64,000 nt of DNA, from NCBI GenBank assembly GCA_016191235.1, contig JACPOZ010000030.1, forward strand, positions 3,924 to 67,923, in the 5' to 3' direction. The notes under the pieces are model-generated. The model did not search any database, was not told where the DNA came from, and saw only the letters and a program-made list of their open reading frames with translations. The position numbers were made by a program, and so were the translations under genes. This document shows, piece after piece, positions 30,986-43,300 of the stretch. Positions within the stretch are counted from its first letter, which is position 1. The number at the start of each line of letters is the position of its first letter. The stretch is from Gammaproteobacteria bacterium. Its GTDB lineage: Bacteria; Pseudomonadota; Gammaproteobacteria; Ga0077554; Ga007554.

Positions 30986-32109
30986 ACGCAAAACCTGTCG
31001 TGAGCGGTGGCCAGAAGCTGGGGATCGGCATGGCATCAGATCGCGTAAGCCAATGGATACGCCCGCAGCTCCGTGCCTTATCGGCTTATCACGTGCCTGA
31101 TCCGGGGAACCTGATCAAGCTTGATGCCATGGAAAATCCCTACATCTGGCCGCAGCCACTGGTTGATGAGTGGCTGGCGACGTTGCGCCATGCCAGCCTC
31201 AACCGCTATCCCGACCCCCAGGCACACGTCCTCAAGGCGCGCCTGCGCGAGGTGTTGGATATACCGCAAGGGATGGATATCCTGCTGGGCAACGGCTCGG
31301 ATGAGCTGATCCAGATGGTCGCCATGGCGGTGGCCGGGCCGGGGCGTACTGTGCTGTCGCCAGAACCCAGCTTTTCCATGTACCGCATGATTGCCGCCTT
31401 CACTGGCTTCGAGTACGTTAGCGTGCCGCTGAATGCGGGCGATTTCAGCCTGGATATGCCGGCGATGCGCGATGCGATTGCCCGCCATCAGCCCGCTGTG
31501 GTGTTTTTATCCTACCCCAACAACCCCAGCGGCAATCTGTGGAATGCCGACGAGTTGTGTGAGCTGATCGCCGCCGCGCCTGGCCTGGTGGTGGTGGACG
31601 AGGCCTATAACGCCTTCGCCGATGGCACGTTCATGCCGCGTCTGACGGACTTTGACAATCTGCTGGTGCTGCGCACCCTGTCCAAAATGGGCCTGGCCGG
31701 ATTGCGCCTGGGCGTGCTGGCCGGCGCTAAGGCGTGGCTGGATGAGTTTGACAAGATACGTCTACCGTATAATATCGGCGTACTGACGCAGACGAGTGCG
31801 GAATTTGCCTTGCGCCATTATGATGTGCTCGAAGCCCAGGCTGCGCAGATCCGCGCCGACCGCGAGCAGCTCCTGGCTCGGCTGCGTGCCATGAGCGGCA
31901 TCACCGCCTATCCCAGTCGCGCCAACTTCATCCTGTTCCGTGTGCCCGCTGGGCGCGCCCCAGAGATATTCGCGGCGATCAAGGCGGACGGCGTGTTGAT
32001 CAAAAGCATGCATGGCGCAAGTCCGCTGCTCAACGACTGCCTGCGGGTAACGGTGGGCACGCCGCAAGAGAATGAGGCTTTTCTGGCGGCGTTGGCAAAG
32101 GTCATTTGA
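30982..32109 (+). CDS. hisC: Histidinol-phosphate aminotransferase
   Basis: [31 protein letters not shown]; start may be 31030. Confidence 0.94.
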   Translation: MNAKPVVSGGQKLGIGMASDRVSQWIRPQLRALSAYHVPDPGNLIKLDAMENPYIWPQPLVDEWLATLRHASLNRYPDPQAHVLKARLREVLDIPQGMDILLGNGSDELIQMVAMAVAGPGRTVLSPEPSFSMYRMIAAFTGFEYVSVPLNAGDFSLDMPAMRDAIARHQPAVVFLSYPNNPSGNLWNADELCELIAAAPGLVVVDEAYNAFADGTFMPRLTDFDNLLVLRTLSKMGLAGLRLGVLAGAKAWLDEFDKIRLPYNIGVLTQTSAEFALRHYDVLEAQAAQIRADREQLLARLRAMSGITAYPSRANFILFRVPAGRAPEIFAAIKADGVLIKSMHGASPLLNDCLRVTVGTPQENEAFLAALAKVI

Positions 32110-32114
32110 TATGA

Positions 32115-32210
32115 TTTTTGCCACGGAGCCACAGAGAGCACCGAGAAATGAAATTTTGTGTGGGACTCATCGCATGACTCTCTGTGTCCTCTGTGCCTCC
32201 GTGGCAAAAA
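32115..32210. repeat. Long palindromic element between hisC and hisB
   Basis: Arms TTTTTGCCACGGAG.CACAGAG / CTCTGTG.CTCCGTGGCAAAAA. Confidence 0.8.
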
Positions 32211-32230
32211 TATAAAACTGGAGAAAACCC

Positions 32231-32824
32231 ATGACTGAGCGCAAGGCGACCGTCAAACGCGATACCCTGGAGACCCGCATCGAGGCGACCGTGAATCTTG
32301 ATGGCACAGGTGCGTCGCGCTTTCAGACCGGCGTGCCGTTCCTCGATCACATGATGGATCAGATTGCACGGCACGGCATGATCGACATCGACATCCAGGC
32401 CGAGGGTGATCTGCATATTGATGCCCACCATACTGCCGAAGATATCGGTATCACCCTCGGCCAAGCGGTGGCAAAGGCCATAGGTGACAAGCGTGGTATT
32501 CGCCGCTACGGCCATGCCTACGTGCCGCTCGACGAGGCGTTGTCTCGCGTGGTCATTGATTTTTCCGGCCGCCCCGGCCTGGAATATCATATTGATTTTC
32601 CCCGCGCGCGTATCGGTGACTTCGATGTCGATTTGTTTCGTGAGTTTTTTCAGGGTTTCGTCAACCATGCCCTGGTGAGCCTGCACATCGACAACCTCCG
32701 TGGCCGCAACGCCCATCACATTGCCGAGACCGTGTTCAAGGCCTTCGGCCGTGCCGTGCGCATGGCGCTTGAGATGGACCCGCGTATGCAGGGCATCATG
32801 CCGTCCACCAAGGGGAGTCTGTGA
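32231..32824 (+). CDS. hisB: Imidazoleglycerol-phosphate dehydratase
   Basis: [26 protein letters not shown]. Confidence 0.96.
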   Translation: MTERKATVKRDTLETRIEATVNLDGTGASRFQTGVPFLDHMMDQIARHGMIDIDIQAEGDLHIDAHHTAEDIGITLGQAVAKAIGDKRGIRRYGHAYVPLDEALSRVVIDFSGRPGLEYHIDFPRARIGDFDVDLFREFFQGFVNHALVSLHIDNLRGRNAHHIAETVFKAFGRAVRMALEMDPRMQGIMPSTKGSL

Positions 32825-32825
32825 T

Positions 32826-32979
32826 GAATGACGCTTACTTAAGCCAAAATGTAGGGTGGGTTAGCGTTTTTTGCGTAACCCACCAAGCGTTGCGCAGCAA
32901 CACAACGCATTATTTAATGAGCGCCTCTTGTGCCCTTTGGATAAACCCAACCTATGTTTGGCATAAGTAAGTGCGGTTC
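32826..32979. mobile_element. IS4-related MITE carrying a REP-like hairpin
   Basis: Ends match the IS4 TIRs at 44942 and 46132; 11-bp flanking direct repeat GAGTCTGTGAT / GAGTTTGTGAC. Confidence 0.75.
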
Positions 32980-33008
32980 GAGTTTGTGACCACTCCGAGT
33001 TATCCGGC

Positions 33009-33659
33009 ATGAGCACCGTTGCAGTCATTGATTACGGCATGGGTAATCTGCGCTCGGTCGCCAAAGCGCTGGAACACGTCGCCGACCCCGGTACGACGGT
33101 AGAGGTTACTGCCTCGCCAGAGCGCATCCTACAGGCCGACCGCGTGGTTTTTCCTGGTCAGGGTGCGGCACGCGATTGCATGGCAGAACTCACGCAGCGT
33201 GGACTGGTGGATGTGGTAAAAGAGGCCGTACGCAGCAAACCGTTTCTTGGAATTTGCATGGGCCTGCAAGTGCTGCTGGAATCCAGCGAGGAAAATGGCG
33301 GTACAGCAGGCCTGGGCATTTTGCCGGGTAGCGTGCGGCGCTTCCCGGATGGCATGGTTGATCCCCGCTCAGGCGACGCGCTGAAGATCCCTCACATGGG
33401 CTGGAACCAGGTGCATCAAACAAAACCACATCCCTTGTGGCAGAGCATACCCCAAGACAGCCGTTTTTATTTCGTGCATAGTTACTATGTTGCGCCAACG
33501 GAGTCGGGCCAGGTCGCAGGGATAACGCATTACGGCACCGATTTCGCCTGCGCCATGGCGCGCGGCAATGTCTTTGCTGTGCAATTTCATCCCGAAAAAA
33601 GCGCAGGGGCGGGGCTTGCCCTGCTCGCCAATTTTCTGGGTTGGGATGGGTGTCTGTAG
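33009..33659 (+). CDS. hisH: IGP synthase glutaminase subunit
   Basis: DYGMGNLRS, GICMG, FYFVHSY, QFHPEKS. Confidence 0.96.
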   Translation: MSTVAVIDYGMGNLRSVAKALEHVADPGTTVEVTASPERILQADRVVFPGQGAARDCMAELTQRGLVDVVKEAVRSKPFLGICMGLQVLLESSEENGGTAGLGILPGSVRRFPDGMVDPRSGDALKIPHMGWNQVHQTKPHPLWQSIPQDSRFYFVHSYYVAPTESGQVAGITHYGTDFACAMARGNVFAVQFHPEKSAGAGLALLANFLGWDGCL

Positions 33660-33810
33660 ACGTAAGGGGTTTTAATTCTATTTCTAATTTTTGACCCCCT
33701 CTCCCGCACGGCGGGAGAGGGAATAATTGATTACCTGATTGAAATGGAATAAGACACACTCTGCGAAATTTTGGGTAATAAATTTTTTCTGTCCCCGTGA
33801 GGAAGCTATC

Positions 33811-34545
33811 ATGTTGTTGATCCCCGCCATTGACCTGAAAGATGGCAAATGCGTGCGTCTGCGCCAGGGGCGCATGGAAGATGACACCGTCTTTTCCGAT
33901 GACCCGCTCGCCGTCGCCGGGCGCTGGGTGGACGCGGGCGCGCGGCGTCTGCATCTGGTGGATCTGAACGGCGCCTTCGCCGGCAAGCCGGTTAATGCCG
34001 ATATCATCCGGCGCATCGCACAAACCTATCCCGACGTGCCGATCCAGGTGGGGGGCGGCATACGCGACGACGACACCATCCAGGCCTACCTGGATGCAGG
34101 TGTCAGCTACGTGATCCTCGGCACCAAAGCGGTCAACACGCCGCACTTCGTGGGTGATGTGTGCCGCGAGTTCCCCGGCCATATCATCGTCGGCCTGGAC
34201 GCCAAAAACGGCAAGGTGGCGATAGATGGCTGGTCCAAACTCTCCAATCACGATGTTATTGATATCGCGCAGCGCTTTGAAAAAGATGGTGTCGAGGCGA
34301 TTATCTATACCGACATCGGACGTGACGGCATGCTGGGTGGAGTGAATATCGAAGCCACTGTCGCACTGGCGCGGGCCATCTCGATCCCGGTGATCGCCTC
34401 CGGCGGCATCACCAACCTGGAAGATATCCGCGCGCTGTGCGCGGTCGCCGAGGAAGGCATCATGGGCGCAATTACTGGCCGCGCCATCTACGAAGGCACG
34501 CTGGATTTTGTCGCAGGACAGAAACTGGCGGACGAGTTGAGCTGA
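33811..34545 (+). CDS. hisA: ProFAR isomerase
   Basis: [32 protein letters not shown]. Confidence 0.96.
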   Translation: MLLIPAIDLKDGKCVRLRQGRMEDDTVFSDDPLAVAGRWVDAGARRLHLVDLNGAFAGKPVNADIIRRIAQTYPDVPIQVGGGIRDDDTIQAYLDAGVSYVILGTKAVNTPHFVGDVCREFPGHIIVGLDAKNGKVAIDGWSKLSNHDVIDIAQRFEKDGVEAIIYTDIGRDGMLGGVNIEATVALARAISIPVIASGGITNLEDIRALCAVAEEGIMGAITGRAIYEGTLDFVAGQKLADELS

Positions 34546-34546
34546 T

Positions 34547-35326
<780 letters not shown>

Positions 35327-35441
35327 TCAAAAGCCGCGTCCTGCCTGGGGCCGCTGGTATTGATTTCGCTGGGTTTCTCAAGAAAGGAATAGGGGTATCA
35401 CCCCCTTTTTACTTTTTTATTCGCGGGCTGAGGAGTAATAA

Positions 35442-36671
35442 ATGGCAGTCATCGAAGGATTTCGGGTGCAGAACTATCGCGCACTGCGCGATGTGACGCT
35501 GGGCAAGCTCTCCAACCAGCAAGCTGGGAAACCATTGACGCCTTTCACCGTGGTGATTGGCAAGAACGGCGTAGGCAAGAGCACCTTGTTCGATGCATTC
35601 GGATTCGTGGCGGACTGTTTGTCCGCCGATGTAGAAAGCGCCTGCGACATGAAGCAACGCGGTGGCTTCGATCGCCTTCGCTCGATGGGCGTGAATGAGC
35701 CCATCCGGTTTGAAATCTATTACCGCGAAGGGCCCAATGAACGGCCGATCACCTACGAGTTGGCGATTGCGCTAGATTCCTCGGGGCGGCCCTTTGTCGA
35801 ATCCGAGGTGCTCAAGCAGCGTCGTAAGGGCGAGAAGCGTGGTCGGCCTTATGCGTTCCTGCGCCTGGACCACGGCAAGGGAACGGTCTGGGCAGGTGAA
35901 GAAGCCCTAGAAGCCGAAGGTGGAGAGGATCGTGCCCAGACGCCAGTAGAACTGACCGATACCCGGCAACTCGGCATCGCCACCTTGGGTACGCTCAAGG
36001 AACATCCGCGCATCAAGCTGTTTCGAGACTTCCTCAAAGGCTGGTATCTGTCCTACTTCTACCCGGATGCGGCGCGTAGTCTGCCGAGCGCCGGCCCACA
36101 GCGGCATTTGAACATCCACGGCGACAACATTGGCAACGTGGTGCAGTTCATGGAGCGTGAGCACAAAGCGCGATTCAAGGCCATCCTCGAACGCATTGCG
36201 GCGAAGATTCCGGGGATTGCCAGTATCGACACGCAGGTGACTGAGGACAAGCGCGTGTTACTGCGTTTCAACGACGGCGCTTTTGGTGACCCATTCTTCG
36301 CCCAGCAGATGTCAGATGGCACGCTAAAAGTTTTTGCTTACCTGCTGTTGTTGGAAGACCCGGACCCACCACCGTTCATTTGCATCGAAGAGCCAGAGAA
36401 CGGCCTTTATCACAAGCTGTTGGAGGCGTTGGCCCAGGAGTTCCGTTTACATGCCACCGGCAAAAAGAATGCCCCGCAGATTTTCGTGACCACGCACCAG
36501 CCGTACTTTGTTGATGCGCTGGCGCCCGAGGAAGTGTGGATACTGGAGAAAGGAACGGATGGCTATTCCACTGTGCGTCGCGTCTCTGAGCTTGAAGACG
36601 TGAAAAACCTCGTGGCTGAAGGTTTGCCTTTGGGTGGTCTTTGGTACAGCGATTATCTCGATGAGAGATGA
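35442..36671 (+). CDS. ABC/AAA_21-like ATPase
   Basis: GKNGVGKS Walker A, MSDGT signature, IEEPENG Walker B, VTTHQP H-loop. Confidence 0.88.
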   Translation: MAVIEGFRVQNYRALRDVTLGKLSNQQAGKPLTPFTVVIGKNGVGKSTLFDAFGFVADCLSADVESACDMKQRGGFDRLRSMGVNEPIRFEIYYREGPNERPITYELAIALDSSGRPFVESEVLKQRRKGEKRGRPYAFLRLDHGKGTVWAGEEALEAEGGEDRAQTPVELTDTRQLGIATLGTLKEHPRIKLFRDFLKGWYLSYFYPDAARSLPSAGPQRHLNIHGDNIGNVVQFMEREHKARFKAILERIAAKIPGIASIDTQVTEDKRVLLRFNDGAFGDPFFAQQMSDGTLKVFAYLLLLEDPDPPPFICIEEPENGLYHKLLEALAQEFRLHATGKKNAPQIFVTTHQPYFVDALAPEEVWILEKGTDGYSTVRRVSELEDVKNLVAEGLPLGGLWYSDYLDER

Positions 36672-37327
36672 GTATGCACATTGAGATATTGGTGGAGGAC
36701 AGTTCGGGGGAGAAGTTGCTGCAAGTATTGCTGCCTCAGTTTCTGGGGCTACAAGGCGAGCCACATACCTGGCGTTTACATGCCTACAAGGGCATCGGCC
36801 GAATTCCACCTGGCTTGGTGACGAAGGCCGATCCCTCGAAGCGGATTTTGCTTGACCAGCTGCCAAAGCTATTACGTGGTTATGGCAATACGCCCGGAAT
36901 AGATGCCGTTGTGGTCGTGCTCGATACTGACAAACGCGACTGCGCTGCATTTTTGGCCGAGCTGAAAGCGGCCGCCGATGTCTGCAATCCGGTGCCTAAC
37001 ACTCTGTTCAGACTCGCTATCGAGGAAATGGAAGCCTGGTATTTCGGCGACCAAGATGCTTTGTTGGCCGCCTATCCACGAGCCAAGCGGGATGTGCTCG
37101 GAAAGTATGTTCAGGACAGCGCATGTGATACATGGGAACTCCTCGCCGACGCAGTGCATTCGGGCGGGTCGGCAGCGATCAAGAAAGCTGGCTGGCCATT
37201 GCCGGGACAGGTGAAGCATGAATGGGCCGAAAAGATTGGTCCGTTGATGGACCCGAACCGGAATATCTCTCCGAGTTTTGGAAAGCTGAGGGATGGATTG
37301 CGCTGGCTCGTCGCAGAGGCGACTTAA
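36668..37327 (+). CDS. DUF4276-like TOPRIM-fold protein
   Basis: IEILVED, VVVLDTD, IEEMEAW pattern; ATGA overlap with the ATPase. Confidence 0.72.
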   Translation: MSMHIEILVEDSSGEKLLQVLLPQFLGLQGEPHTWRLHAYKGIGRIPPGLVTKADPSKRILLDQLPKLLRGYGNTPGIDAVVVVLDTDKRDCAAFLAELKAAADVCNPVPNTLFRLAIEEMEAWYFGDQDALLAAYPRAKRDVLGKYVQDSACDTWELLADAVHSGGSAAIKKAGWPLPGQVKHEWAEKIGPLMDPNRNISPSFGKLRDGLRWLVAEAT

Positions 37328-37537
37328 TGCGGGCAATCGGAATCCTTTAATGCTTTAATGAGAGAAAAAAGCGAAGAAAGGACTCCACCCCTTAACCCTC
37401 CCTCGACTTAACCCTCCCTCGACGCGTGTCCTCATCTCTGCTCTATCGCCCCACCCCAACGCGGCAGGCTGGATGAAGCCTACCGCGCGCCCTTGGCTTC
37501 CGTCGTCAGACGCAGGACGGGTTACTGTGCCGTGACA

Positions 37538-40069
37538 CTACTCGCTTCCACCTGCATAGTAGCGGATGGATTCGGAGTGTAGCCCCTGCGCCGTGAGCAC
37601 CAGCCGTGGCAGGTCGAGGCCGCATCCCGGGCGGAGGATGAGCTTGCCTCGGCCAACGCCGGCCCTCTGCACAGTGAATGTCTGCTGAACGTCCGGCACG
37701 ATGGCGAGGGAGAAAACCCCGTCCCTGTTGGTCATGGCCGATGCCTCCCGAGGTTGGAAAGCGGCTTTTCCAGGCGCGGCCAGCTTGGTGGATAGGCGTG
37801 CTCCGGCGACAGGGCGGCCATTGGCATCGACCACCTCGCCGAAGACGCGGCAGGGCCGTGGCACGTAGGTACGCACCGTGACGCCGCCGATCAGCCGCCG
37901 TTCTCCGTCTTTGGGCGTGGCATACACCGCCACGTTGCAATTCGCCTGGCGGCCGGGACGGGTGCCGACGGGGGCGTTGAAGGTAACCTTGATGTTCCGC
38001 GCGCAATCGGTGAACGGGTCCAGCGCGAAAGCGGCATCGCTGACCGTACAGCGCCAGCCGGGGTGGTCGGAAACCGCCTTGATCTCGAATCGCGCGGGCG
38101 TCATAAGCGAATTTTCGACACGGACATTGTATACCGATGGGCTGATCATGATATTGCGTTGCGTGACATTGTTGGTGTAATCCGCGTCGAGTCCATACGC
38201 GATCGAGATCTGGACACATTGATGGTCTGAAGATGCCGGCGTCCACGCCATGTTCTCGGTAACGGTATCGTGGGGATTGATGGTGATCTTTTTTGTGCCG
38301 AGAGGGTGGAATTGATTATTCCCGGCGGCAAAATTGTACACGCCGAAATTCACCAGGATCGTGACGGGGGTGTTGCCGGGATTTTCTATCTTGACGTTGA
38401 TCTGATTGGGGACGCCGGCCTTGGCCGGCGTGTTCGTCGTTATGTCGACCTGATTATTCCACGCCGGATCGTTGCTCTTGAGCGGGCAGGGCTGGCCCGC
38501 GGCGCCGCCACTCTGGCAGTTGGGAAAGCGCACATCGGTGGATTGCGCCATCGCACCTTGCAGCGCCGCGCCGACGTTCAACAAACCCCAGCCCAGCGCC
38601 GTGTCCCAATTGCCCGTCGTGGATGAATATGGAGTATTGCGCGAATTGTCGGCGAACATGATCAGCAACTGTTTCAGGCTGTCGGGCGACATGGCGGGGA
38701 ATTTCTGCAACACCAGGGCCGCGGCGCCCGATGTCATCGCCGCGGCGGGAGATGTTCCGGGAATTCCCATGAGCGTGGTGGTGCTCAGATTCTGTCCCGG
38801 CGCGGAGAGGTCGGGTTTCAGCGCCAGCAGGTTCGGCGACACGAAGCTGAAGTCCTTGCGCGGACCAATGAGATAGTTGCTCCAATGCGTGTCGTCGCTG
38901 CGTGTCACCGTGTTCTTGTCATCCGTGGCATTGACGCTGATGGCGAACGAGGCCGAGGCAGGCGGCTTGGTGATCCTGGCGCCTGGCGAAGACGCCGGGC
39001 ATGACGCCGTACCGTTATTGGCATTGGCGTAGGAGGCCACCACCACCAACCCCAGCGCCGAAAGATAATTGGCCTGCTGCGACAATGCGTCCGTGCCGTC
39101 ATCATCGACGCAGCGCGAGAAAGACAGGTTGACGACGCGAATCTTGAATTTCTGGGCATTGATGCCAACCCAGTCCACCGCCTTGGCGGTAAATGTCGAG
39201 TCGCAATTGTATTGACCGGAAGAAGTGGTCCCGCAACGGTTCACATCAATAAGACCTGCGGCTGGCGCAATCCCGGCACAATTGGCCGCGGGGCCGCCGC
39301 CGGGATTTCTGCACGTCTGGCCGGCAACACCTCGCCCCAGCGCCATCACGGCCATGGTGGTGCCATGATTGCCGACGTTGTCCGTTGGATTTCTTGATCC
39401 GTCTCCCGAATCAGTGCTGTCCCAGGCATCGTATCCGGCAACGAATGCCGAAGATGGGAGTGTATTCAAGGTGCCATCATTGACACCTGTATCGACGATG
39501 GCGATATTGATCCCGCTTCCGTTCAGGCCCATGTCCTGCGCCGACTGGTTCGGGTATTGGGCGCTGGCATGCGCTTGAATGGCGCGGGAGGCAACGTCCA
39601 GCTCCAGGGTTTCCGGTATCTGCCATTCGACCATCGCCACCTCGGGCCGCGCGGCAAGTGCCGGCAAGTCGGCAATTGGAACATCGTTGAGGAAGACGAA
39701 ACTGACCAGCTTGCCTACATAGGCTATCTTTCCGTATCTGGAAAAGATTTCCTGCACCTGCGCCGGAGGAATGCAACGGTTTAGTGCGAGAATGATATTC
39801 GTGCGATCTTTGGGGCCAAAGCGCGCCTCGATCTCGTCATCGATGAAGTTGCGGTTCTGGTCGCGAACCCAGGATAGATGCTTGCGCTGCCCGATCAGGG
39901 TGGGATTCGAGTGCGACGTCACAACTTTTTGCCAGGAAAGCGGCGTATATGCTGTTGCGTACAACGGCCCACACGTAAAAATAAACAGGAATGACGAGAA
40001 AGCGATAACGAACTTCCTTGTGAGTTGCTCTGTCTTCCCTGACACGTAAAAACCCAGCTGGATTTTCAT
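37538..40069 (-). CDS. Secreted S8 subtilase with C-terminal Ig/CARDB-like domains
   Basis: Triad motifs IAIVDTG, NHGT, GTSPAAAMTSGAAAL, plus KPDLSAPG; hydrophobic N-terminal segment. Confidence 0.87.
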   Translation of the reverse strand: MKIQLGFYVSGKTEQLTRKFVIAFSSFLFIFTCGPLYATAYTPLSWQKVVTSHSNPTLIGQRKHLSWVRDQNRNFIDDEIEARFGPKDRTNIILALNRCIPPAQVQEIFSRYGKIAYVGKLVSFVFLNDVPIADLPALAARPEVAMVEWQIPETLELDVASRAIQAHASAQYPNQSAQDMGLNGSGINIAIVDTGVNDGTLNTLPSSAFVAGYDAWDSTDSGDGSRNPTDNVGNHGTTMAVMALGRGVAGQTCRNPGGGPAANCAGIAPAAGLIDVNRCGTTSSGQYNCDSTFTAKAVDWVGINAQKFKIRVVNLSFSRCVDDDGTDALSQQANYLSALGLVVVASYANANNGTASCPASSPGARITKPPASASFAISVNATDDKNTVTRSDDTHWSNYLIGPRKDFSFVSPNLLALKPDLSAPGQNLSTTTLMGIPGTSPAAAMTSGAAALVLQKFPAMSPDSLKQLLIMFADNSRNTPYSSTTGNWDTALGWGLLNVGAALQGAMAQSTDVRFPNCQSGGAAGQPCPLKSNDPAWNNQVDITTNTPAKAGVPNQINVKIENPGNTPVTILVNFGVYNFAAGNNQFHPLGTKKITINPHDTVTENMAWTPASSDHQCVQISIAYGLDADYTNNVTQRNIMISPSVYNVRVENSLMTPARFEIKAVSDHPGWRCTVSDAAFALDPFTDCARNIKVTFNAPVGTRPGRQANCNVAVYATPKDGERRLIGGVTVRTYVPRPCRVFGEVVDANGRPVAGARLSTKLAAPGKAAFQPREASAMTNRDGVFSLAIVPDVQQTFTVQRAGVGRGKLILRPGCGLDLPRLVLTAQGLHSESIRYYAGGSE

Positions 40070-40328
40070 GGTTCATCTCCCTGTAAGGGCAAAGAATTTG
40101 TTGTGTAGCTGCCACGACAAAATCATTGAACCACATCATGATCCAGGCATCTTTGACGCAGATCAAAAATACTCCGAATTAATATAAGACTTCCGCAAGA
40201 GCATGGCATCCTGGAAACCGGTAATGCATCCGACCTTGATATAGATCAAGGAAATATTCTGGCGAGCGTCTACTATCGTTTATCAGGCGGTAGTGGTGGG
40301 ACGTGTGATGCAGGGTACGGAGGCAGCC

Positions 40329-43300
40329 ATGATTAAGGTCACGGTAAGTTCCCGATTTTTCATCGGGAGTAAAAAGAAAAATATACTGGCGTTGTTGCTT
40401 CTCGCGATCAGCGCCCTGTGTTTTCCGATACTGGTGCCTGCGGCCCCTCCCAACGTCAACATTACCAATCATGCGGCGTGGCAAAATGAGCCGATGGTCG
40501 CGGTCAATCCCCAGGATCACGACAGGCTCGTGGTGGGATATAACGACAATCGCACTGGCAATGTGGCGGTCGGCTGGTCGTGGTCCGACAATGGCGGCGC
40601 CGTCTGGACTCACGGCGGCACCATTGCGCTGGCGGGTTATACGCGAAGCGCCGATCCCGTGGTGGCCTTCGACAGCGCGGGTACTGCCTACCTCGCCGGC
40701 CTGGCCTTCAATCCCGACAACACGCCGGGCAGCCTGGGCAGGGATGGCAGCATTTTCCTGGCCAAATCCAATGACGGCGGCCATACCTTCACCGTCTTCC
40801 AGAACATCGTCGCCGCCGGACAAGGCACGGCAAACCACCTCGACAAACCCTGGCTGTTCGTTAATCCCGCCAATAATCATGTGTATCTGGCCTGGACGCA
40901 GCGTGCCAACGCGTGGGGCGTGGGCGGGGCTGAGTCGATGACGATATGGTTCACGCGCTCTATCGATGGCGGCGTCACTTTCTCCCCGCCGCTTCAGGTC
41001 AGCACCTTCAATCCCCCAACCGGCGCTTCGCGCTCGTTTGGGCCGCAAATCGCAATCGGAGCGAACGATCGCATCTATGTTGCATGGCATACCCTGGAGA
41101 ATGGCAATCCGGGCGATGCAAATTGGGTCGCTCCCAGGCTGTGGATCGCCGAATCCATCGATGGTGGCGTGAGCTTCGGCGCCAACCAGCAGGTTGCCAG
41201 CCAGCTGTTCGGCAAGCCAAATAAATTCATCAGCATGGGCGCGGACCCGGCCAGTGGCAGGATTTACATTGCCTACGCCGACAGGCCCGCTTGGCCGGGC
41301 GATTATGACATCTATGTGGCAAGCGCCGCCGCGGCTGCCGGACCGTGGGCGGTAACGCGCATCAGCGATGACCCGGTGGGCAGCGGCAGGGCACAGTTCT
41401 GGCCAAGCCTGGACGTAGCACCTAACGGTCGGGTGGATGTAATCTGGTATGACAACCGGGACGATGCCGTGACTAACAAATTGAGCGTCTATTACACTGC
41501 CTCGATCGATGGCGGAATGACGTGGGCCGTCAATACCCGCATCACGGATGTCGTGCCAGGTTTCACGCCGACGCAGGATTTCGCGGGCGACTACCACTCC
41601 GTCGCCTCCGTCAACGATAAGGCTTACGCCGTGTGGATGGATAACCGGCTGGGCAATCAGGAAATCTTTGGCACCAACATCTCGCAGGAGGCGGTGGACG
41701 CCATGCTGGTGCTGGATATCTCTGGCAGCATGCTGTCGCCGGGTTGTCCCAATTGCGCGCCCAAGCTCGACGCGCTGAAGGATGCAGTGGAGATCTTCGT
41801 GCAGTTATGGAACAGCCTGGCCGTGGCCGAGCCGCAGCACCGGCTGGGGGTGACCTATTTCAGAACCAACGTGAACGAATTCAATATCGGTGGCGAGGCC
41901 CTGTTGCCAATCGGACCTGGTAACAACAACGCCCAGGCTATCATTGCCGATGTCGACAGCCAGACGACTGTTCCCATGAATCTGACGGCAATGGGAGGCG
42001 GACTGCAATCCGCCATCAACCGTCTCACCGGCATGAGTCCACGCCGCATCATCCTGTTCACCGACGGTATGCAGAACGTCAATCCAATGGCGCTGCCGCA
42101 GGGCGCTGCGCTGAAAATCGACACCGATCCCGCCACTTCTAACACCTCCAATATCAGTCCCACCACACCACCCACCGTGCTGGACCAGCAGTTGGGGCGC
42201 AGGATCAACACCATCGGCGTGGGCGCCACGCCGCAATTCGTGACGCTGCTGCAGAGCATCGCCAATAACACGGGCGGGAGAAGTTACACGACCATGGCGC
42301 CCGATGCTAACCTGCGCCGCTTCTTCGTGGAGCAACTGGTGGATGCCCTGCGCGGCGCCAGCCCGCAATTGATCGACTACCGTGTTCACAATCTGACCGC
42401 CGACCGGGTTTTCGAAGTCTTCAGCGTCGATCGTTCGGCGAAAAAAATCATTTTCAAGCTGAGCTGGAAGCGTGGCGAACCACCACTGGCGATTGAGCAG
42501 ATCGAAAAAGACGGCGTCAACCTCATCGCCCATGCCAGGCTGACCAGCGGCGACTTCTACCGCATCTATGCCTTTGATCTGCCGCTCGCGGTGCAGAATG
42601 CACGGATCGGGCCTGAGGGAGACTGGCGCCTGCAAATCTATGGCATCAAGGGCGCGCGCTACGAAGTTGCGGCGCTCGCTGACGAGAAAAGGCTCGATTA
42701 CGCCTTTGAGATTCACAAGGGGCTGAGCAAGGTGGGAGAGCCGCTCCGATTGACGGCTCGCCTCGCTGTGGACGGCAGGCCGCTGTCCGATGCCAATCTG
42801 GTGGCCGCCCAGGTCTTCAAGCCCGGAACCAGCGTTGGAACGGCCCTTTCGATAACACCTACTCCTGCATGGATCAGCGCTGCGGCGCCAGTCGCGGCCG
42901 GCCATCAATCCGAGCCGGGAACGAGTCCTGCCCAGCAGAAACTGCAAACTTTGCTGCAACAGGAGGGGTTCTGGAAACGTGTTCAACCCGCCGACGGAGC
43001 GCTGGTGCTGGCCAGCCAGGGGAATGGCATTTATACCGCAATCTATGACGATACCAGCATCCCCGGCGCCTATACCGTGGTGTTTCGCGTCAGCGGCACG
43101 GATGAGGATATCGGCGCGTATACCCGCACCGAAACACGTGTGGCGACGGTGCAGTTCGGCAAGGCGAATCTGGATGCCTCAGATATGCGCGTGGTGAGCA
43201 AGGACGTGATGGGTTATGCCACCCTCATCAAGATCCAACTCCGCCCCCGTGACGCACGCGGCAATTATCTTGGGCCTGACTATGGGCAGCGGATCAAAGT

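Noticed and set aside
37391..37422. Tandem 16-bp repeat CTTAACCCTCCCTCGA x2
   Set aside because: Two copies with no spacers; not CRISPR, probably a local duplication.
40179..42986. Minus-strand ORFs of 472 and 393 aa
   Set aside because: Shadows of the propeller-vWA gene.
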